Assembly: GCA_023920165.1 (NCBI GenBank)
Contig: CP089281.1
Coordinates: forward strand, 682,001 to 746,000
Length of the DNA: 64,000 nucleotides
Origin: Curvularia clavata
Lineage: Eukaryota
Direction: 5' to 3'
Shown piece by piece: positions 12,965-25,753 of this stretch (position 1 is the stretch's first letter; every line of letters starts with the position of its first letter). The notes beneath the pieces were generated by a model. It saw only the letters and a program-made list of their open reading frames with translations. It made no database searches and had not been told where the DNA came from. The position numbers and the translations under genes were made by a program.

Positions 12965-13652
12965 GTTGTGACTTGGTAAAACTTGTTGAATCACTGTAAT
13001 TAACAAGAATGGAATAACGTATGTATTAAATGCTACAGAAGATGTTGATCGACCCTCATCTCCTGGATCCGACCTGAATATGTTTCTAGACTGCTGTTGC
13101 GCCACCCGCTACGTCATGCCTTGAGCTCAACCCTGTTGTTACAGAGATGCGCAAGTGGCCAAGGCTGCGGAGATATCCTGTTTTTGCGGACGCGGGACGA
13201 TCATAGTGGCGGAGCCATCTGGGTGGACCCTTGCAGATCCACGACATTGCACCATCACCTTCCATTCGCAGGAAATCCGAACAACGTGAAGTACGGTACA
13301 GCACAACCACCGTCGTCAACGGCCGGCCACTAGACACTCAACATGATGCTAGATGAACACCACTGCACGCTCTTGGCATCGGGAACCAACCTTGGCATCG
13401 AACACGTTACTTTTTTGAACATTTCATCATTCGTGAAAACTAACTACCCATAGGTAAAATCTACCTAAGATGCAAGTGGGATATCCATTTACTCGTGATG
13501 CATAAAGTCTCATCACTCTAAGACTCCGTCGAAGATTAAGCTCCGTTCGTCATGCAAAAAGGTGTAGAAAGAGAAAAAGAAAGCCATGACACATGAAAGG
13601 GATATCAGAGCGCCAACCCAACTTTTCGAAACCAGGCGACAAAGCAAGGCGC

Positions 13653-15761
13653 TTAGTCAACCTCCTCCATGGCGCTCTCGCCAGAGGTGGCAGGCGCCTC
13701 AGCGGCAGTCTCGCCCTTCTCCTGCTCGGTCTCAACCTCCTCGTCGACGTTCAGGCCGAGGGAGACGAGCTTGTGGATGCGCTCAGCGTACTGAACGGGC
13801 TCATCAATGGTGAAACCAGAGACAAGCAGCGAGGTCTCGAAGAGAAGGAGAGTGATGGACTTGACAGTGCGGTCGTCCTCACCGTCAGCCTCAACCTTGC
13901 GCTTGAGCTCCTTGATGATGGCGGACTTGGGAGAGATCTCAAAGGTCTTCTTGGAAGACATGTAAGAGCTCATGGAGGTGTCACGGAGAGCCTGAGCCTT
14001 CATGATACGCTCCATGTTGGCAGACCAACCGAACTGACCGGTACGGATGGCGCAAGGTGAGCCAACGAGCTTGTGGGAGACAACAACCTTCTCGACACGG
14101 TCGCCGAGAACGTTCTTGAGGCTCTTGGCCAGACCCTCAAACTCCTTCTCCTCAGCCTCGCGGGCCTTCTTCTCCTCCTCGGACTCCTCAAGCTCAAAGT
14201 CCTTGGTGATGTCGACAAGCTTCTTACCATCAAACTCCTTGAGCTGGGTCATGGCGTACTCGTCAATGGGGTCGACAAGGAAGAGAACCTCGAAGCCCTT
14301 CTCCTTGAGAGTATCGAGGAAAGGTGACTTCTGGACAGCCTTGAGCGACTCACCAGTGATGTAGTACATCTGCTTCTGGTGCTCGGGCATGCGAGTGACG
14401 TAGTCGGTGAGCGAGGTCTGCTCCTCACCAGACTTGGTGGAGTTGAAGCGGAGGAGCTTGGCGAGGGCAGCACGGTTCTGCGAGTCCTCGTGGATACCGA
14501 GCTTGATGTTCTTGCCAAAGGCAGAGTAGAACTTGTCGAACTGCTCGCGGTCCTCGGCAATCTCGTTGAAGAGCTCGAGGGTCTTCTTGACAATGTTCTT
14601 GCGGATGACCTTCATGATCTTGTTCTGCTGGAGGGTCTCACGAGACAGGTTAAGAGGAAGGTCCTCAGAGTCGACAACACCCTTGACGAAGCTGAGCCAC
14701 TCGGGGATCAGGTCAGTAGCATCGTCGGTAATGAAGACACGGCGGACGTAGAGCTTGATGTTGTTCTTGGTCTTCTTGGTCTCGAAGAGGTCGAAAGGTG
14801 CGCGCTTGGGAACGAAGAGGATGGCACGGAACTCGAGCTGACCCTCGACGGAGAAGTGCTTGACGGCAAGGTGGTCTTCCCAGTCGTTGGACAGCGACTT
14901 GTAGAAGGAAGCGTACTCCTCGGTGGTGATGTCCTGAGGGTTGCGGGTCCAGATGGGCTTGGTCTTGTTGAGCTCCTCTTCCTCAATCTTGGACTCCTTG
15001 ACCTTCTTGGTCTTCTTCTCCTTCTTCTCATCCTCCTCGTCGACCTCTTCGACCTTGGGCTTCTTCTCGTCACCCTCCTCGGTCTTCTCCTCGGTGGCCT
15101 CATCATCCTCAACCTCCTTCTCGGTCTCCTTGAGGACGTGGAGGTAGATGGGGTATGAGATGAACTCGGAGTGCTTCTTGACAACCTCCTTGATCTTGCT
15201 CTCGTTCAAGTAGTCCATCTGCTCATCCTTGAGGTGGAGGATGATCTTGGTACCACGGCCGATCTGCTCGCCCTCGGTATCCTCAGTGATCTTGAAGGTA
15301 CCACCGGCACTCGACTCCCAGATGTACTGCTCATCATCGTTGTTCTTGGAGACGACGGTGACGCGGTCAGCGACGAGGTATGCGGAGTAGAAACCAACAC
15401 CGAATTGACCAATCATGGAAATGTCGGCACCGGCTGACAGAGCCTCCATAAACTGCTTTGTGCCTGAGCGGGCAATGGTACCCAGGTTGTTGATGAGGTC
15501 GGCCTTGGTCATACCAATACCGCTGTCTTGGATGGTGAGGGTCTTGGCCTCCTTGTTGGGGATGATATCGATGCGGAGGTCCTTGCCGCTGTCGAGCTTG
15601 CTTGGGTCTGAGAGGGCTTCATATCGGATCTTGTCGAGGGCATCGGAGGCGTTGGAGATGAGTTCTCGCAGGAAGATCTCCTTGTTTGAGTAGACGGTGT
15701 TGATGATGAGACCGAGCAGCTGAGAGATCTCAGCCTGGAACTCGAAAGTCTCCCCAGACAT
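13653..15761 (-). CDS. HSP90: Cytosolic heat shock protein 90
   Basis: [44 protein letters not shown] and C-terminal MEEVD; strong codon bias. Confidence 0.99.
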   Translation of the reverse strand: MSGETFEFQAEISQLLGLIINTVYSNKEIFLRELISNASDALDKIRYEALSDPSKLDSGKDLRIDIIPNKEAKTLTIQDSGIGMTKADLINNLGTIARSGTKQFMEALSAGADISMIGQFGVGFYSAYLVADRVTVVSKNNDDEQYIWESSAGGTFKITEDTEGEQIGRGTKIILHLKDEQMDYLNESKIKEVVKKHSEFISYPIYLHVLKETEKEVEDDEATEEKTEEGDEKKPKVEEVDEEDEKKEKKTKKVKESKIEEEELNKTKPIWTRNPQDITTEEYASFYKSLSNDWEDHLAVKHFSVEGQLEFRAILFVPKRAPFDLFETKKTKNNIKLYVRRVFITDDATDLIPEWLSFVKGVVDSEDLPLNLSRETLQQNKIMKVIRKNIVKKTLELFNEIAEDREQFDKFYSAFGKNIKLGIHEDSQNRAALAKLLRFNSTKSGEEQTSLTDYVTRMPEHQKQMYYITGESLKAVQKSPFLDTLKEKGFEVLFLVDPIDEYAMTQLKEFDGKKLVDITKDFELEESEEEKKAREAEEKEFEGLAKSLKNVLGDRVEKVVVSHKLVGSPCAIRTGQFGWSANMERIMKAQALRDTSMSSYMSSKKTFEISPKSAIIKELKRKVEADGEDDRTVKSITLLLFETSLLVSGFTIDEPVQYAERIHKLVSLGLNVDEEVETEQEKGETAAEAPATSGESAMEEVD

Positions 15762-15788
15762 GGTGGCGGGTGTGTGAAGTGTTCGGTG

Positions 15789-15944
15789 CTGCAGGCAGTA
15801 GAGTCAGAGGTTTGTGTTCTTGCAGCAAGTAGCGAAAGTGTAGACTAGCGGATGGTGCAGTCGGGCTGAATGTGGGGAAGACGAACAGATAGGCGGGGTA
15901 GTTCAAGTATCAGGCTCTTCTATGGCGAGTAGAAAAAGAGCAAC
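15789..15944 (-). other. Probable 5'UTR intron of HSP90
   Basis: On the minus strand: CAG|GTTGCT donor, CTGAC branch and TGCAG acceptor ending 27 nt before the ATG. Confidence 0.55.
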
Positions 15945-16048
15945 CTGCAAACTGCGCTGTCTATGTGGTGGGAGAGAAGGAGAACAATTCAATGAAGAAA
16001 AAGTGTAGAGGAGGGCTCACGTTTGGGGCTGATATAGCCTTTGGTGGA

Positions 16049-16068
16049 GCTCGAGAATCTTCTAGACA
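16049..16068. promoter_or_regulatory. Heat shock element upstream of HSP90
   Basis: gCTCgaGAAtcTTCtaGACa is a run of alternating nGAAn/nTTCn units (two perfect, two with one mismatch) just upstream of the predicted HSP90 leader. Confidence 0.7.
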
Positions 16069-16792
16069 GGACGGCAGAAAGGCAGAGAAGGTCGTCGTCG
16101 GGCCAATCAGAGCGCGGCTGCCGTTGCAATCCCGCCTCACCGCCAAACGCGACTTCCCCAGCAACGCTAGCGGCGAGGGGCAGAATTCGCGACTTCCGCC
16201 TGTCGAGAAGCGCCTACCGATTTCTTTTGCTGGCGTCTGCCTCTCACTCTCACTTCTCGGCCATGGTAGAATATTCGGTCCCTTTCAATTACAGCCGTCC
16301 GACATCAACACTACGGCACTACACACAAATCGCATCAAGACGGTACAATGGGCGAGAGCGGCTGCGGCTGTCTGCCTTACCCAGCCCACGGCACAGTGTC
16401 AGCCTCACTTGGTCTACTTGCTAAACCTCCACCAGTTGCCTAAAATAAGGCACCTCCGAATTCGTCCTCCTTGCGATGCACAAATACATCAGACCACCAC
16501 GATTCATGCAAAAACCCCCTGCCCCCACACTCGCGCACCGTCCCGACGAGCTTCCTACTTTGTACTACTATATGCTATACGCTACGCTATCTGCCACGCG
16601 CGAGACATGTTCACACGCTCCTACCTAGTAGCCATTGCACCACGTCTCAGATACGAACGTCTAGTCATGCTTCCCCTTGCCGAACAACCTGGTCTGTACA
16701 AAACAGAGTGCATTTACTAAAAGAGGGGCCATAAAATCACATGCCGACGTTGAAGCGTTCATAATGCATTGAATCTACTCGCATGTAGGCAC

Positions 16793-17929
16793 CTAGATAA
16801 AAGTCCTCATAAACTCCCCAAGCGCCATAATGGCCATGGCCTGTCCATACGGCATGCTGGTAATCTTAATGTCCTTGTAGTGCTGCAGGTCGTGCCCCAT
16901 GGCTGTGCCAAAGCTCGTCTCTGTCAGCTCGCCCTCGGCGTTGATCTTACCCAGGACGGCCTTGATTGCTTTCACGGCGCTCTGCAGGAACACATCTCCG
17001 CTAATGTATCGCTTCCGACACGCCTTGAGCATTCCATATGCGAAGCCCGCTGTGGCCGATGATTCTTCATAGCTGCCTTCTGAGATGGGAATGTCCAGAA
17101 GTGTGCGCCACATGCCGCTCTCTTCCTGACACTTTACCAGCGCCAGACACTGTGACTCGAGAATGCCTACAAGAAACTGGCGCAAGGGATCCTTCTCGCT
17201 AAGATCGAGCAGCTCGATAAAGTCCGGGATTGCGATGGTCAGCCACGAGTTTCCTCGCGCCCACCTTGCTCTTGCAAAGTTGTGACCAACCTCCAACCCA
17301 CCCTTGTCTTCCCACTTCCAGCCGTGGAAGAACAAGCCGGTGCTCGTGTCGCATAGATATTGGCAATGTAGAACGAATTGGCGCTTCGCTTCCTCCACGT
17401 ACTCTGGGCGGTTCAATGTGAGACCAATCTTGGCCAGCGGCAGCGCACTCATCATGAGCGTGTCGTCCCATAGTTCGTCCTTGTTGAACGAGTTGTACGT
17501 TTCGTGCTGGAATCCACCATACTTGGTGCGGGGCAGCCCGTGCATGACCCACTCAGCCCAGGTGTCCAGCCATGGAACAAATGTCTTGTTGCCCGTCTCT
17601 TCATAAAGGTATGCCAGTGCGAGGAATGGGCTCATGGTGTTGATGTTCTTAGTCGTGCCCTTGCTGAGTTGCTTTTCGAACCATCCTTTTATGATGTCGA
17701 GCGTCGCCGTGCTGCCTGTCAGCGTGTAGTAGTGCCATAGCCCGTACAGCCCAATGCCATGTGTCCATTCCCAACCGTCCCAGCCCTTGGTATCAATTAC
17801 GCGGCCGTCGTCGAGTTTGAGTAGGAATTCGCCCGTTGTGTCGTGGATGTTGATTAGGTTGTGCGTGAGGAGCAGGATCTTTTCGTCTATCTGGCCTTTT
17901 GTGAGGCCATGTACGGTGAGTGTGGACAT
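16793..17929 (-). CDS. Glycoside hydrolase family 105 (YteR-like unsaturated rhamnogalacturonyl/glucuronyl hydrolase), no signal peptide
   Basis: Motifs WEWTHGIGLYG, ELWDDTLMM, TGLFFHGW, WARGNSW, YEESSATAG and MPYGQA. Likely ATG at 17929 (MSTLTVHGL). Confidence 0.92.
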   Translation of the reverse strand: MSTLTVHGLTKGQIDEKILLLTHNLINIHDTTGEFLLKLDDGRVIDTKGWDGWEWTHGIGLYGLWHYYTLTGSTATLDIIKGWFEKQLSKGTTKNINTMSPFLALAYLYEETGNKTFVPWLDTWAEWVMHGLPRTKYGGFQHETYNSFNKDELWDDTLMMSALPLAKIGLTLNRPEYVEEAKRQFVLHCQYLCDTSTGLFFHGWKWEDKGGLEVGHNFARARWARGNSWLTIAIPDFIELLDLSEKDPLRQFLVGILESQCLALVKCQEESGMWRTLLDIPISEGSYEESSATAGFAYGMLKACRKRYISGDVFLQSAVKAIKAVLGKINAEGELTETSFGTAMGHDLQHYKDIKITSMPYGQAMAIMALGEFMRTFI

Positions 17930-19117
17930 GTCGAATGTGGTTCTGGAGCCTTGGGCAGACTGGTAATATGTATGCCCAGACAGTAGAAAGTAAACGTTTG
18001 AGAAGCAATATCTCAACTACGAACACGCAGTCGAGCAGAAGGAAAGGAAAGGATAACTCAGAAGCGAGACACGAGAATTGCCATAGACGTAGTTGCGTGG
18101 GCGGGTATTAGATAGCTCTTGTGGATCGCACGCGTCGGGCAAGGTCTGCAGAGTGGGGGAGTAGTGACCGGGGAAAGCCAGCGTCTCGGGATACATTCTC
18201 TGGAGGCATCACGGAGTATGCGAACCGCTATCCAATCTTCGTGCCCATCTGTACCGAACTCGTTCATCGCTGTACCGGTAGCAGGCTGGGCACACGTGAT
18301 TCCCAAGCTTTCGGGTTCCTTGGGGACGGGGCTCCCTTGCGCATATCCCTTCAACACCAAAACGCTCGACATCGCTTTGCTGAGAAGCCACATCAAGACA
18401 TCACCTACACTCGCTATGCATTACACCGACACGTGAGAGGCTATTGCGTGAGAGGTCAAGATCAGCAATGAGCCGTGGGGGAAATGACCGACACGCGAAC
18501 AATCGCCTGATGACCGACGCGCGAACAAGTTGCGGAAACCAGCCGCCACCAACCTGATGGCGGAGGAATATTTCCACCAGCCGTCTTGTGTCCGCTGCAA
18601 AAGCTTGGCTTGCTGTTCGCACCCTCGGCAGCATCTATGCCGATACGATGCCATTCTGGGACACATGCCAAGCCGTGGCTCTCTCCACATTGCTTAATCC
18701 TACGTGCGTGCCTCTCCGCATCCCACGGCACTCCACATGTTGTGTGGCTAGCAGAGTCGCGGGGATGGTAAACCCTAAAAACAGATGATCAAGGTTGCAA
18801 CATTGACGCCCGCTCGGCCGGGCTTGCTGTACGCCTGCGAAGATCCTTCACTGTCCTAGGGCGGGGAACACATGAACCTGATTACAAACGATTGAACCAG
18901 GGCCTGCCATTGGGGTGCAGGCTCGCATCACATCAAAAGATTTGCGGAGCAGCCTGCCAGTACGGGGTAGACTGGGGGACGCTCGGACGCACAATATCAG
19001 CCGGGTAGAAATATCACGTCGAGAAGGCCCTCCATTTCGACATCTCACGAGCGCTGGGGTCCTTTTGCTTCCCTCCCCTTCTTCTTCCACTGCATCCTCC
19101 CCGGAAGGCCTTTCACT

Positions 19118-20826
19118 ATGGCCGCTCCTAGAGCCAGCGTCGATAAGGCGCAGAGCTTGCCCGCAACCACGAGTCACGCCGACGATAAAGACATTAACCA
19201 AGTCGAGCGGGTGCTCTCGCTTGAAAACGAGAAAGGCGAGCATGCAAACTTTGAACGCATCGACCGAGAAGTCGCCCAGTATGCAAGCGCAACTGAAGTC
19301 CACATCTCTGAAGAAGAGAACAAGCGACTCAAGAGGTTGATCGACAGACGTGTGCTGCCTATCATGGTTCTCACATACTTTTTGCAGGCTCTTGATAAGG
19401 GCACCATGTCTATGACTTCCATTATGGGCATCCGCGACGACATTCCGGTCCTGCAGTCGAAGCAGACAGTGAGTTGCAAAGTCTGCTAAACTCCGAGAGA
19501 CCTCCCACTAACCCCGACTAGTTTGGATGGCTCACCACTTGTATTTATCTCGCTGTGCTGGTTGTCGAGTACCCGACCAACTGGATCTTGCAAAGAGTAC
19601 CTGTAGCCAAATACCTTGGCTTCAACATTCTTGCCTGGAGCACTGTGCTTGCCTGCCACGCTCTCTGCTTTAGCTTCCCGTCGCTTGTTGCCGTTCGAAC
19701 CTTGCTCGGTATGTTCGAGGCAGTCTGCCAGCCAGCCTTCCTCATCATGACATCGCTTTGGTACAAGCGAGAAGAGCAAGCTTCGATCGTCACTTACTGG
19801 TATATGATGAGTAAGTCAGACAGTGCTGAGGGTTTTATCATTCGCTAATCCAATGCCTTAGACGGTATGCAACAGATTGTCGGTGGTCTCTTGGCCTACG
19901 GGTTTTCCCAAATCAGGCACCCCAGCTTCAAATCCAATCCTGGAACGGCATCAATCCGGTCGTGGCAGGCCATTTTCATCACCTACGGCTGCTTCTCCTT
20001 TTTGTGGGGACTCTTCGTCATTTACAGGCTTCCCGACAGCCCCATGCGAGCAAAGTGCTGGTCTGAAGAGGACAAGAAACTCATGGTCGAGCGTGTCCGC
20101 TCTAACCAGACGGGTCTGCAAAACAAGAAGTTCCGCGCATATCAGTTCAAGGAGGCCCTTCTTGACCCCCAGACCTACTGCTACATGGGCATCCAGTTGT
20201 TTACTACGCTTCCCACTTCCGGACTTGGTGCTTTTTACAACATCATCATCAATGGACTCGGATTCAGTATTCTCGAGACCCAGCTTCTTGCCATGGTCCT
20301 TGGCGCCATCATCATTTTCACGCTCTTAAGTTCCGTCTGGGTCGTCAAGAGGACCAAACAGAACCTATTGACCATGGCTATCTACTTGATCCCAGCTTTC
20401 GTCGGCACTATCGTTATTATGACCGTCAAGAACAAGAACAGTGCAACTCGAGCCGGCCTGTTGATCAGTTACTGGATCGTCTTTACCTTCTGGGCAGCCC
20501 AAGGTCTCGGCATGTCCATGCTCACGCGTAACATTGGAGGCCAGACCAAGAAGTCTGTTTGCATCACCATGAACTTCTTCGCCTGGTGCGCTGGCAACGC
20601 TATTGGCCCCAAGGTCTTTTTCGATAACGACCCTCGCTACCTCAAGACACTGGCTATCCATCTCGGCTGCTACTCTGCTCTCGTCTTCGTCATTGCCTTT
20701 CTAAGATTTAACCTTACGGTCCGCAATAAGAAGAAGGATCGTGAGTTCGGCACGGAGATTACGAATGCTCACGGATTTGAGGATTTGACAGATAGAGAGA
20801 ACCCCAACTTCCGCTATGTTTACTAG
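19118..20826 (+). CDS. MFS transporter, anion:cation symporter/allantoate permease (DAL5-like) family (exons 19118-19468, 19522-19810, 19862-20826)
   Basis: IDRRVLP..YFLQALDKG, WYKREEQ, LPDSP, GQTKKS and FEDLTDRENPNFRYVY; two canonical introns. Confidence 0.93.
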
Positions 20827-21006
20827 ACGGGGGGAAGGACAATTGGATTGTGTTGTAACTAATGAATGAGTTACGAGTGCATCAATATGAGATTATATTA
20901 ATGTTGTCGCTGCTGTTCTGATTGCAGTACTTGATGGAAAAATAAATTGGCATTGAAAATACATGCCTTCATCCAGCATCTCATAAGATACTTATGCAAA
21001 TTCCAT

Positions 21007-21937
21007 TTACGCCCCCTTCTCGTCTCTGTCCGCCCCTTTCCCCTCATCCAATCTCCTATTCGCCTTCGAACTCCCCTCCAATCCTGCCAAAATCGCCTTG
21101 TCCTCTCCGGGAATCCTCATCTCAAACACCTCCCTCACAACCGCATACTCATAGTACCCACACCTCGCAATTGGCTGCGTCTTCCTAACATCAATCTTGC
21201 CATCTGTAAGCACCCTCTCATCAATATGGATCCCCACCACCTTCCCAATCACCACATCTACAGACCCCATGGGCGGATTCCCTGGAAGCCGGAGCGTACT
21301 GTAGTACTCGCACTCAAATTTAATCGGACTCTTCTTTACCATAGGGATAAAGACCTCTTTTTCCCCAGCAATGCGCACTTTACTCATCTTGCTCTCTTCC
21401 TTTTCCAGCCCTGCTTTCTCGAACTCGTCAACGCCATATGCTTCCTGTACCGCGCTGATGTTGACTTGCTCCCGTAGGTCGTACGCAGCTAGGTTCCAGA
21501 TGAATTTACCGGTTGCTTCTGTGTTGCGGACTGTGTCTTTTTGAGATGAGCTGGGCGTTTGGTTCGCGCTGAACATGACGTAGGGCGGGTCGAAGGTGAG
21601 GTTGTTGAATTGTGAGTAGGGGGCCAGATTGGCAGTACCCGTGCTCGGGGAGACGGTAGAGATCCAGCCGATAGGACGGGGAACAACGCAGGCCTGGAAA
21701 TGTGAGTTGGGGCGGTGAATGGAGTGGAGTGGGATGGGAGGGAGGTAAGGGAGGTGGGTAGGGTTGTGAGCGTATAGGGCAAGCTGATTCCCCAGGGTAT
21801 TGGAATCGAAGATGGTATTTTCTTATTTGGCAAGCATCTTGTGAATTGTTTGTGTGGAATGCAAAGAACCGTTTCTTGGTTACCTTGAACGGGTCATATG
21901 GCAGCCCATGATCTTCCTTTCCTGGTTGGTAAAACAT
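21007..21937 (-). CDS. Flavin reductase-like FMN-binding split-barrel protein (exons 21937-21884, 21693-21007)
   Basis: The spliced product reads HGLPYDPFKACVVPRPIGWIST..NLAPYSQFN..KDTVRN..PIARCGYYEY; intron GTAACC..TTTCCAG. Confidence 0.88.
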
Positions 21938-22877
21938 GTCTTCTCTTAACTTCAATCCTGTCCACTGCCAAATATTCCTACTTTTGCACAAGATCTATCC
22001 TAGCAGATATATTGGAAATAAGATGAATACCGCTGCAAGTAACTTTCAGAAAAACATGAAGATATTTGAAGCTTAAAGATCCTATCGGAGGCTTGTGTTC
22101 GGGTGGACGTCGCCCGCCTCGGGTGGACTGCGGGGTTCCCTTTGCTGGCGGTTCCGTGATCGGCAGTTGAGGACAGAAACGCCAAACCATGAAAACATAG
22201 GCACAAGAACGCTGATGTTTGAAGTTTTCCACAAAGGAGTGTCCCATAAAAACAAGCAGCAAGAAGTCACCCGGACGAAAGACTATTATCAAGACTGAGC
22301 ATTTGATAACTTCCTTGGGAACGCCTTCGCCGACTCAGAAGACCACAGATACTGGAATTACAGCCTATTCACACGATTTGAATACATTCTGAGCCGTAAA
22401 ATCTTAGATGGGCCTAACTTCAAAAGCCTTTGGGACCTCGTTCATCTGTAATCGAATTACTAAACATTGCCAAAGCATTAGGCTGCTAAAGAGACACCGG
22501 GAAGTTGTGAGGGATATTAGCCTTTTCAAATCCTCCACCAAAATTTTCATAGGAATTGCATCTTAGCAAGGCCCCACTGCCGTAAGTACTTACAACAATA
22601 TTGCAGATTTGATAGGGTGTAGTATTAGCTATACTGTTGCATGTACTAACCGCCTACGGTAGCGCTTCATCGGATCATAGCCTATGGCTTGTTACAGTAT
22701 AGTTTCCTCTTTCCCAACAACAATTTCCGAATCAAGACGTAATCTTTCAAAGAAGGATAGAAAAGAAGAATAAACATTAAAAAGAACACCTAGTTTCTCT
22801 GTCGACCAAACCCCAGAAATCTCTTACAATCACGTAGTAGGATATCCTCGACCTACCCCACAAACAACGCCTCCGTC

Positions 22878-23654
22878 ATGACCAGCAACTCCCAAACAAT
22901 CCTAATAACAGGCGCATCATCCGGCCTCGGCCTCGCCTTCATAAAGCACTACGCCTCATTACCTACGCCTCCAACCATCATCGCTCTGGACAACCAGCCC
23001 TTCCCCAGCAACACCCTCGCCACCCAAACCACCTTAAAACTCCACTTCCACAACATCGACATTACCGACACTGACAGCCTGGAAACCCTTGCCTCAACAT
23101 ACACCAGCACACCTCTCAGCCTGATCCTCCACTGCGCCGGGATCCGTGGCCTCGTCCCGTCAATCGTATCTCAGCAGCAAAATGGAGGTCAGGACGTCTC
23201 CGCCGCAGAAACACTATCAGCCATGGACAAAACCACCATGATTCGCACGTTTGAAGTGAATACCTGGGGCACATTCAACCTTGTTCGGAGCTTTGTACCT
23301 AATCTCCGATCTTCATCACCGCTGTCGTCTGCTCCGCGTCCAAAGGTTGTGGTGCTATCATCGCGCATGGGTTCTGTGTCAGCGAATTCAGCAGGCGGGG
23401 GCTATGCGTATCGGGCTAGCAAGGCGGCGTTGAATGCGATGGTGAAGAGCTTTGCGATTGATGTGCCTGGGGTGCAGTTTTTGCTGCTGCATCCAGGGAG
23501 GGTGAAGACGGGGTTAGTGGCGTGGAAGGAGGAGGGAGCGATAGATGTGGAGGAGAGCGTGGGGGATTGCTTGAGGGTAATGGAGAGGATGGGGGAGGAG
23601 GGATGGGAGAGTGGAAGGTTGGTGGATAGGTTTGGAGAGGTGATTGCGTGGTGA
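22878..23654 (+). CDS. Short-chain dehydrogenase/reductase (CsgA/C-factor-like)
   Basis: TGASSGLG, SSRMGS, YRASK and LHPGRVKT motifs. Confidence 0.92.
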   Translation: MTSNSQTILITGASSGLGLAFIKHYASLPTPPTIIALDNQPFPSNTLATQTTLKLHFHNIDITDTDSLETLASTYTSTPLSLILHCAGIRGLVPSIVSQQQNGGQDVSAAETLSAMDKTTMIRTFEVNTWGTFNLVRSFVPNLRSSSPLSSAPRPKVVVLSSRMGSVSANSAGGGYAYRASKAALNAMVKSFAIDVPGVQFLLLHPGRVKTGLVAWKEEGAIDVEESVGDCLRVMERMGEEGWESGRLVDRFGEVIAW

Positions 23655-24040
23655 GAGGAAGATAGGTTGAAATGGATGGATACTATGTGCATTTTATGGA
23701 CATCATCAAGGGTGCTTCAGATAGTATTATTGGAGCTACCGCTGAGAGTTATTTTCAACCACAGAGGGCATCCAGCCTTAGTTGGAAGGCTTAACTGTAT
23801 GTTCGTACCATCCATCTGGAGCCCGCAAGGAAGACCTGAATGGATTCGTCTGACCTGTTGTCCTGATGTGCTATACAGTGACAAACAATGTGCAATATGC
23901 TTGTGGTCCAGTCGGGCATGTCATTTCATCTATGCGGCTTTGAAGTCACACAGACAGAACTCATCTACGGCAGGTCGTAGAGACGTGTCTGATTGGCGCT
24001 TTCACCTGGAAAAGAAATATGTCTGTTCAGTAGCAGGGCA

Positions 24041-24919
24041 TTATTGCTCGTCGTCCACCGTCTTTTCTCTGTCTTCCTCGCCTATGTCTGACGTTATGCC
24101 TTCCTCGCCTTCCCTTCGGCCCGCAGTGGATATCTTCTCTGCGATGCCCAGGCCTCTCTCGATGCCTCGAACGAGCCCTTCCAACGCCCCGAATATGTCG
24201 CCTTGCTGCTCTCGTGCCTCGCTCAGTTTATTCATACCAGCTTCGCCCTTTCCTTTGCCTTTGCCTTTTCGGGGTATCTCGACGCCTTCGATGCGTAGCA
24301 TGTAGCCCGGATCTGGCGAATCTTCGTCGAAGGAGGGCGCTGTTCGCACGCCTGTGTCAGTTATCTGCCATTCCGACGAAAGCGATTGTGCATCCACGAT
24401 TGTCCTTCCGTCTGCAGCAACATCAACAATGAGGTAGTGTTCCTTGACACCTGGTATGGGTGGCGGGAAAGGTGATTCGACTGGTGGGTTCTGCTCGTCT
24501 TCGTCTCCCACCTCTTCGTCGTCACCTTCGACGTTCTGTTGTCGCTCTCCAGCAGCTGGCGCAAGTTGTGGGAGGTATCTCGTATCGTCTAGCCCTAAGC
24601 CTCGCATCGAAGCTGCGGTGATTATGGTGGGATCGTCGTCGGCAAAGACATAGTGAATGTAAGGATGATAGTACTCTCCCGATGTCGTGTCCTCGACCAG
24701 GGCGAAGAAGGGTCGGAAGTTTGGTGGTGGCAGCAACGGTTGCTCGGCATTAGGCTCGGGGTACGGTTCATCGTATTCGTCCTCCAGTGCATCATCAAGC
24801 TGCTCTTGCTCACCAGACTCAAGACCAGGAGGATATTCGGAGTGTTCTAAAGGATCGGTCCGTGGCGAGGGGGTTGCGCGAGGTATCGGTGGCTCCGGAA
24901 TGTCAGGGTTCGTAGACAT
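24041..24919 (-). CDS. Acidic hypothetical protein (292 aa)
   Basis: Intronless ORF with globular-looking blocks PFFALVED..HPYIHYVFADDD, AQSLSSEWQI and MLRIEG. Confidence 0.75.
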   Translation of the reverse strand: MSTNPDIPEPPIPRATPSPRTDPLEHSEYPPGLESGEQEQLDDALEDEYDEPYPEPNAEQPLLPPPNFRPFFALVEDTTSGEYYHPYIHYVFADDDPTIITAASMRGLGLDDTRYLPQLAPAAGERQQNVEGDDEEVGDEDEQNPPVESPFPPPIPGVKEHYLIVDVAADGRTIVDAQSLSSEWQITDTGVRTAPSFDEDSPDPGYMLRIEGVEIPRKGKGKGKGEAGMNKLSEAREQQGDIFGALEGLVRGIERGLGIAEKISTAGRREGEEGITSDIGEEDREKTVDDEQ

Positions 24920-25281
24920 GTTTAGAAGATGGATGGCGCAGTGGAGTTAGTGGAGCTCGGGGAACAAGCTCCAGCCTAGATGCTTGATCGATAACGAAGG
25001 TGGCCCATGCACACTACCCTCCCCACAGTCGAGCGGAGCGCAACGCAACGCAGGCACTGGGGAAGCCATGACTTGACCAGACCGATGCGTTAAGCAATCC
25101 TAGGGTATCAAGCGCTTCCAAAACGCCCATGTCGATAGTCCAAATAACCCAAACTCCTGCCCTGTCTGGCCCAAGCCTTAATCAATATCCCCCTCTGAGA
25201 AACTCCGTCGCTTGCTCCAAAAGACATGAACACTCAGACCAGCCCTTAGCGTGTCATTTCGCTAGCAACACGGGCCAGACC

Positions 25282-25753
25282 CTACAGAGGACTCGTATCT
25301 GGTTCCTGTGTTTGTCCGGGCGTTTCGATGGCGGGCGGCGCGTCCTGACTCTTCGACTTGAAGGCTGCAAAGGCTATCAGTAAATTCCTAGTGTTTCCAG
25401 ATAGCAGGATCTGGCTTACGCTGACGGCACATGGGACACTTTTCCAAGGAGCTCTCTTGCTTCAGCCAGTCGAAGATACAGTGCTGGGCTGTTAGCAGTG
25501 TGTACTGGATGGCTCAAGCAGTCACAGCTTACCATATGAAAGGAATGGTTGCACTCTCCGAGCACTGAATATGATAAGCTAGCGTCAAATACCAAGCATG
25601 ACTAGACTTACATAGCGGGCACTCATCGCCTGGGAACTTGCACTTGGAACAAGTGCTATCGTAGGGGTTGCGACAAATTCCGCAGACATCGTCATCGGGC
25701 ATGTCCCAGTGCCAGGCTGCGACAGCGTTCCATTCGCGGATTGTGACCTTCAT
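25282..25753 (-). CDS. APC11: Anaphase-promoting complex subunit 11, RING-H2 (4 exons)
   Basis: MKVTIREWNAVAAWHWDMPDDDVCGICRNPYDSTCSKCKFPGDECPL, then spliced exons giving GECNHSFHM, HCIFDWL..CPMCRQ and PFKSK; three GT..AG introns. Confidence 0.93.

Noticed and set aside
13593..15693. Long antisense ORFs over HSP90
   Set aside because: Expected shadow of strong codon bias.
15965..16720. 251-aa ORF between HSP90 and GH105
   Set aside because: GTG start, overlaps the HSP90 promoter/HSE and has no protein-like features.
23655..24305. Open frame continuing after the SDR stop
   Set aside because: The TGA GAG context is not leaky, the peptide is not protein-like, and it partly mirrors the antisense gene.
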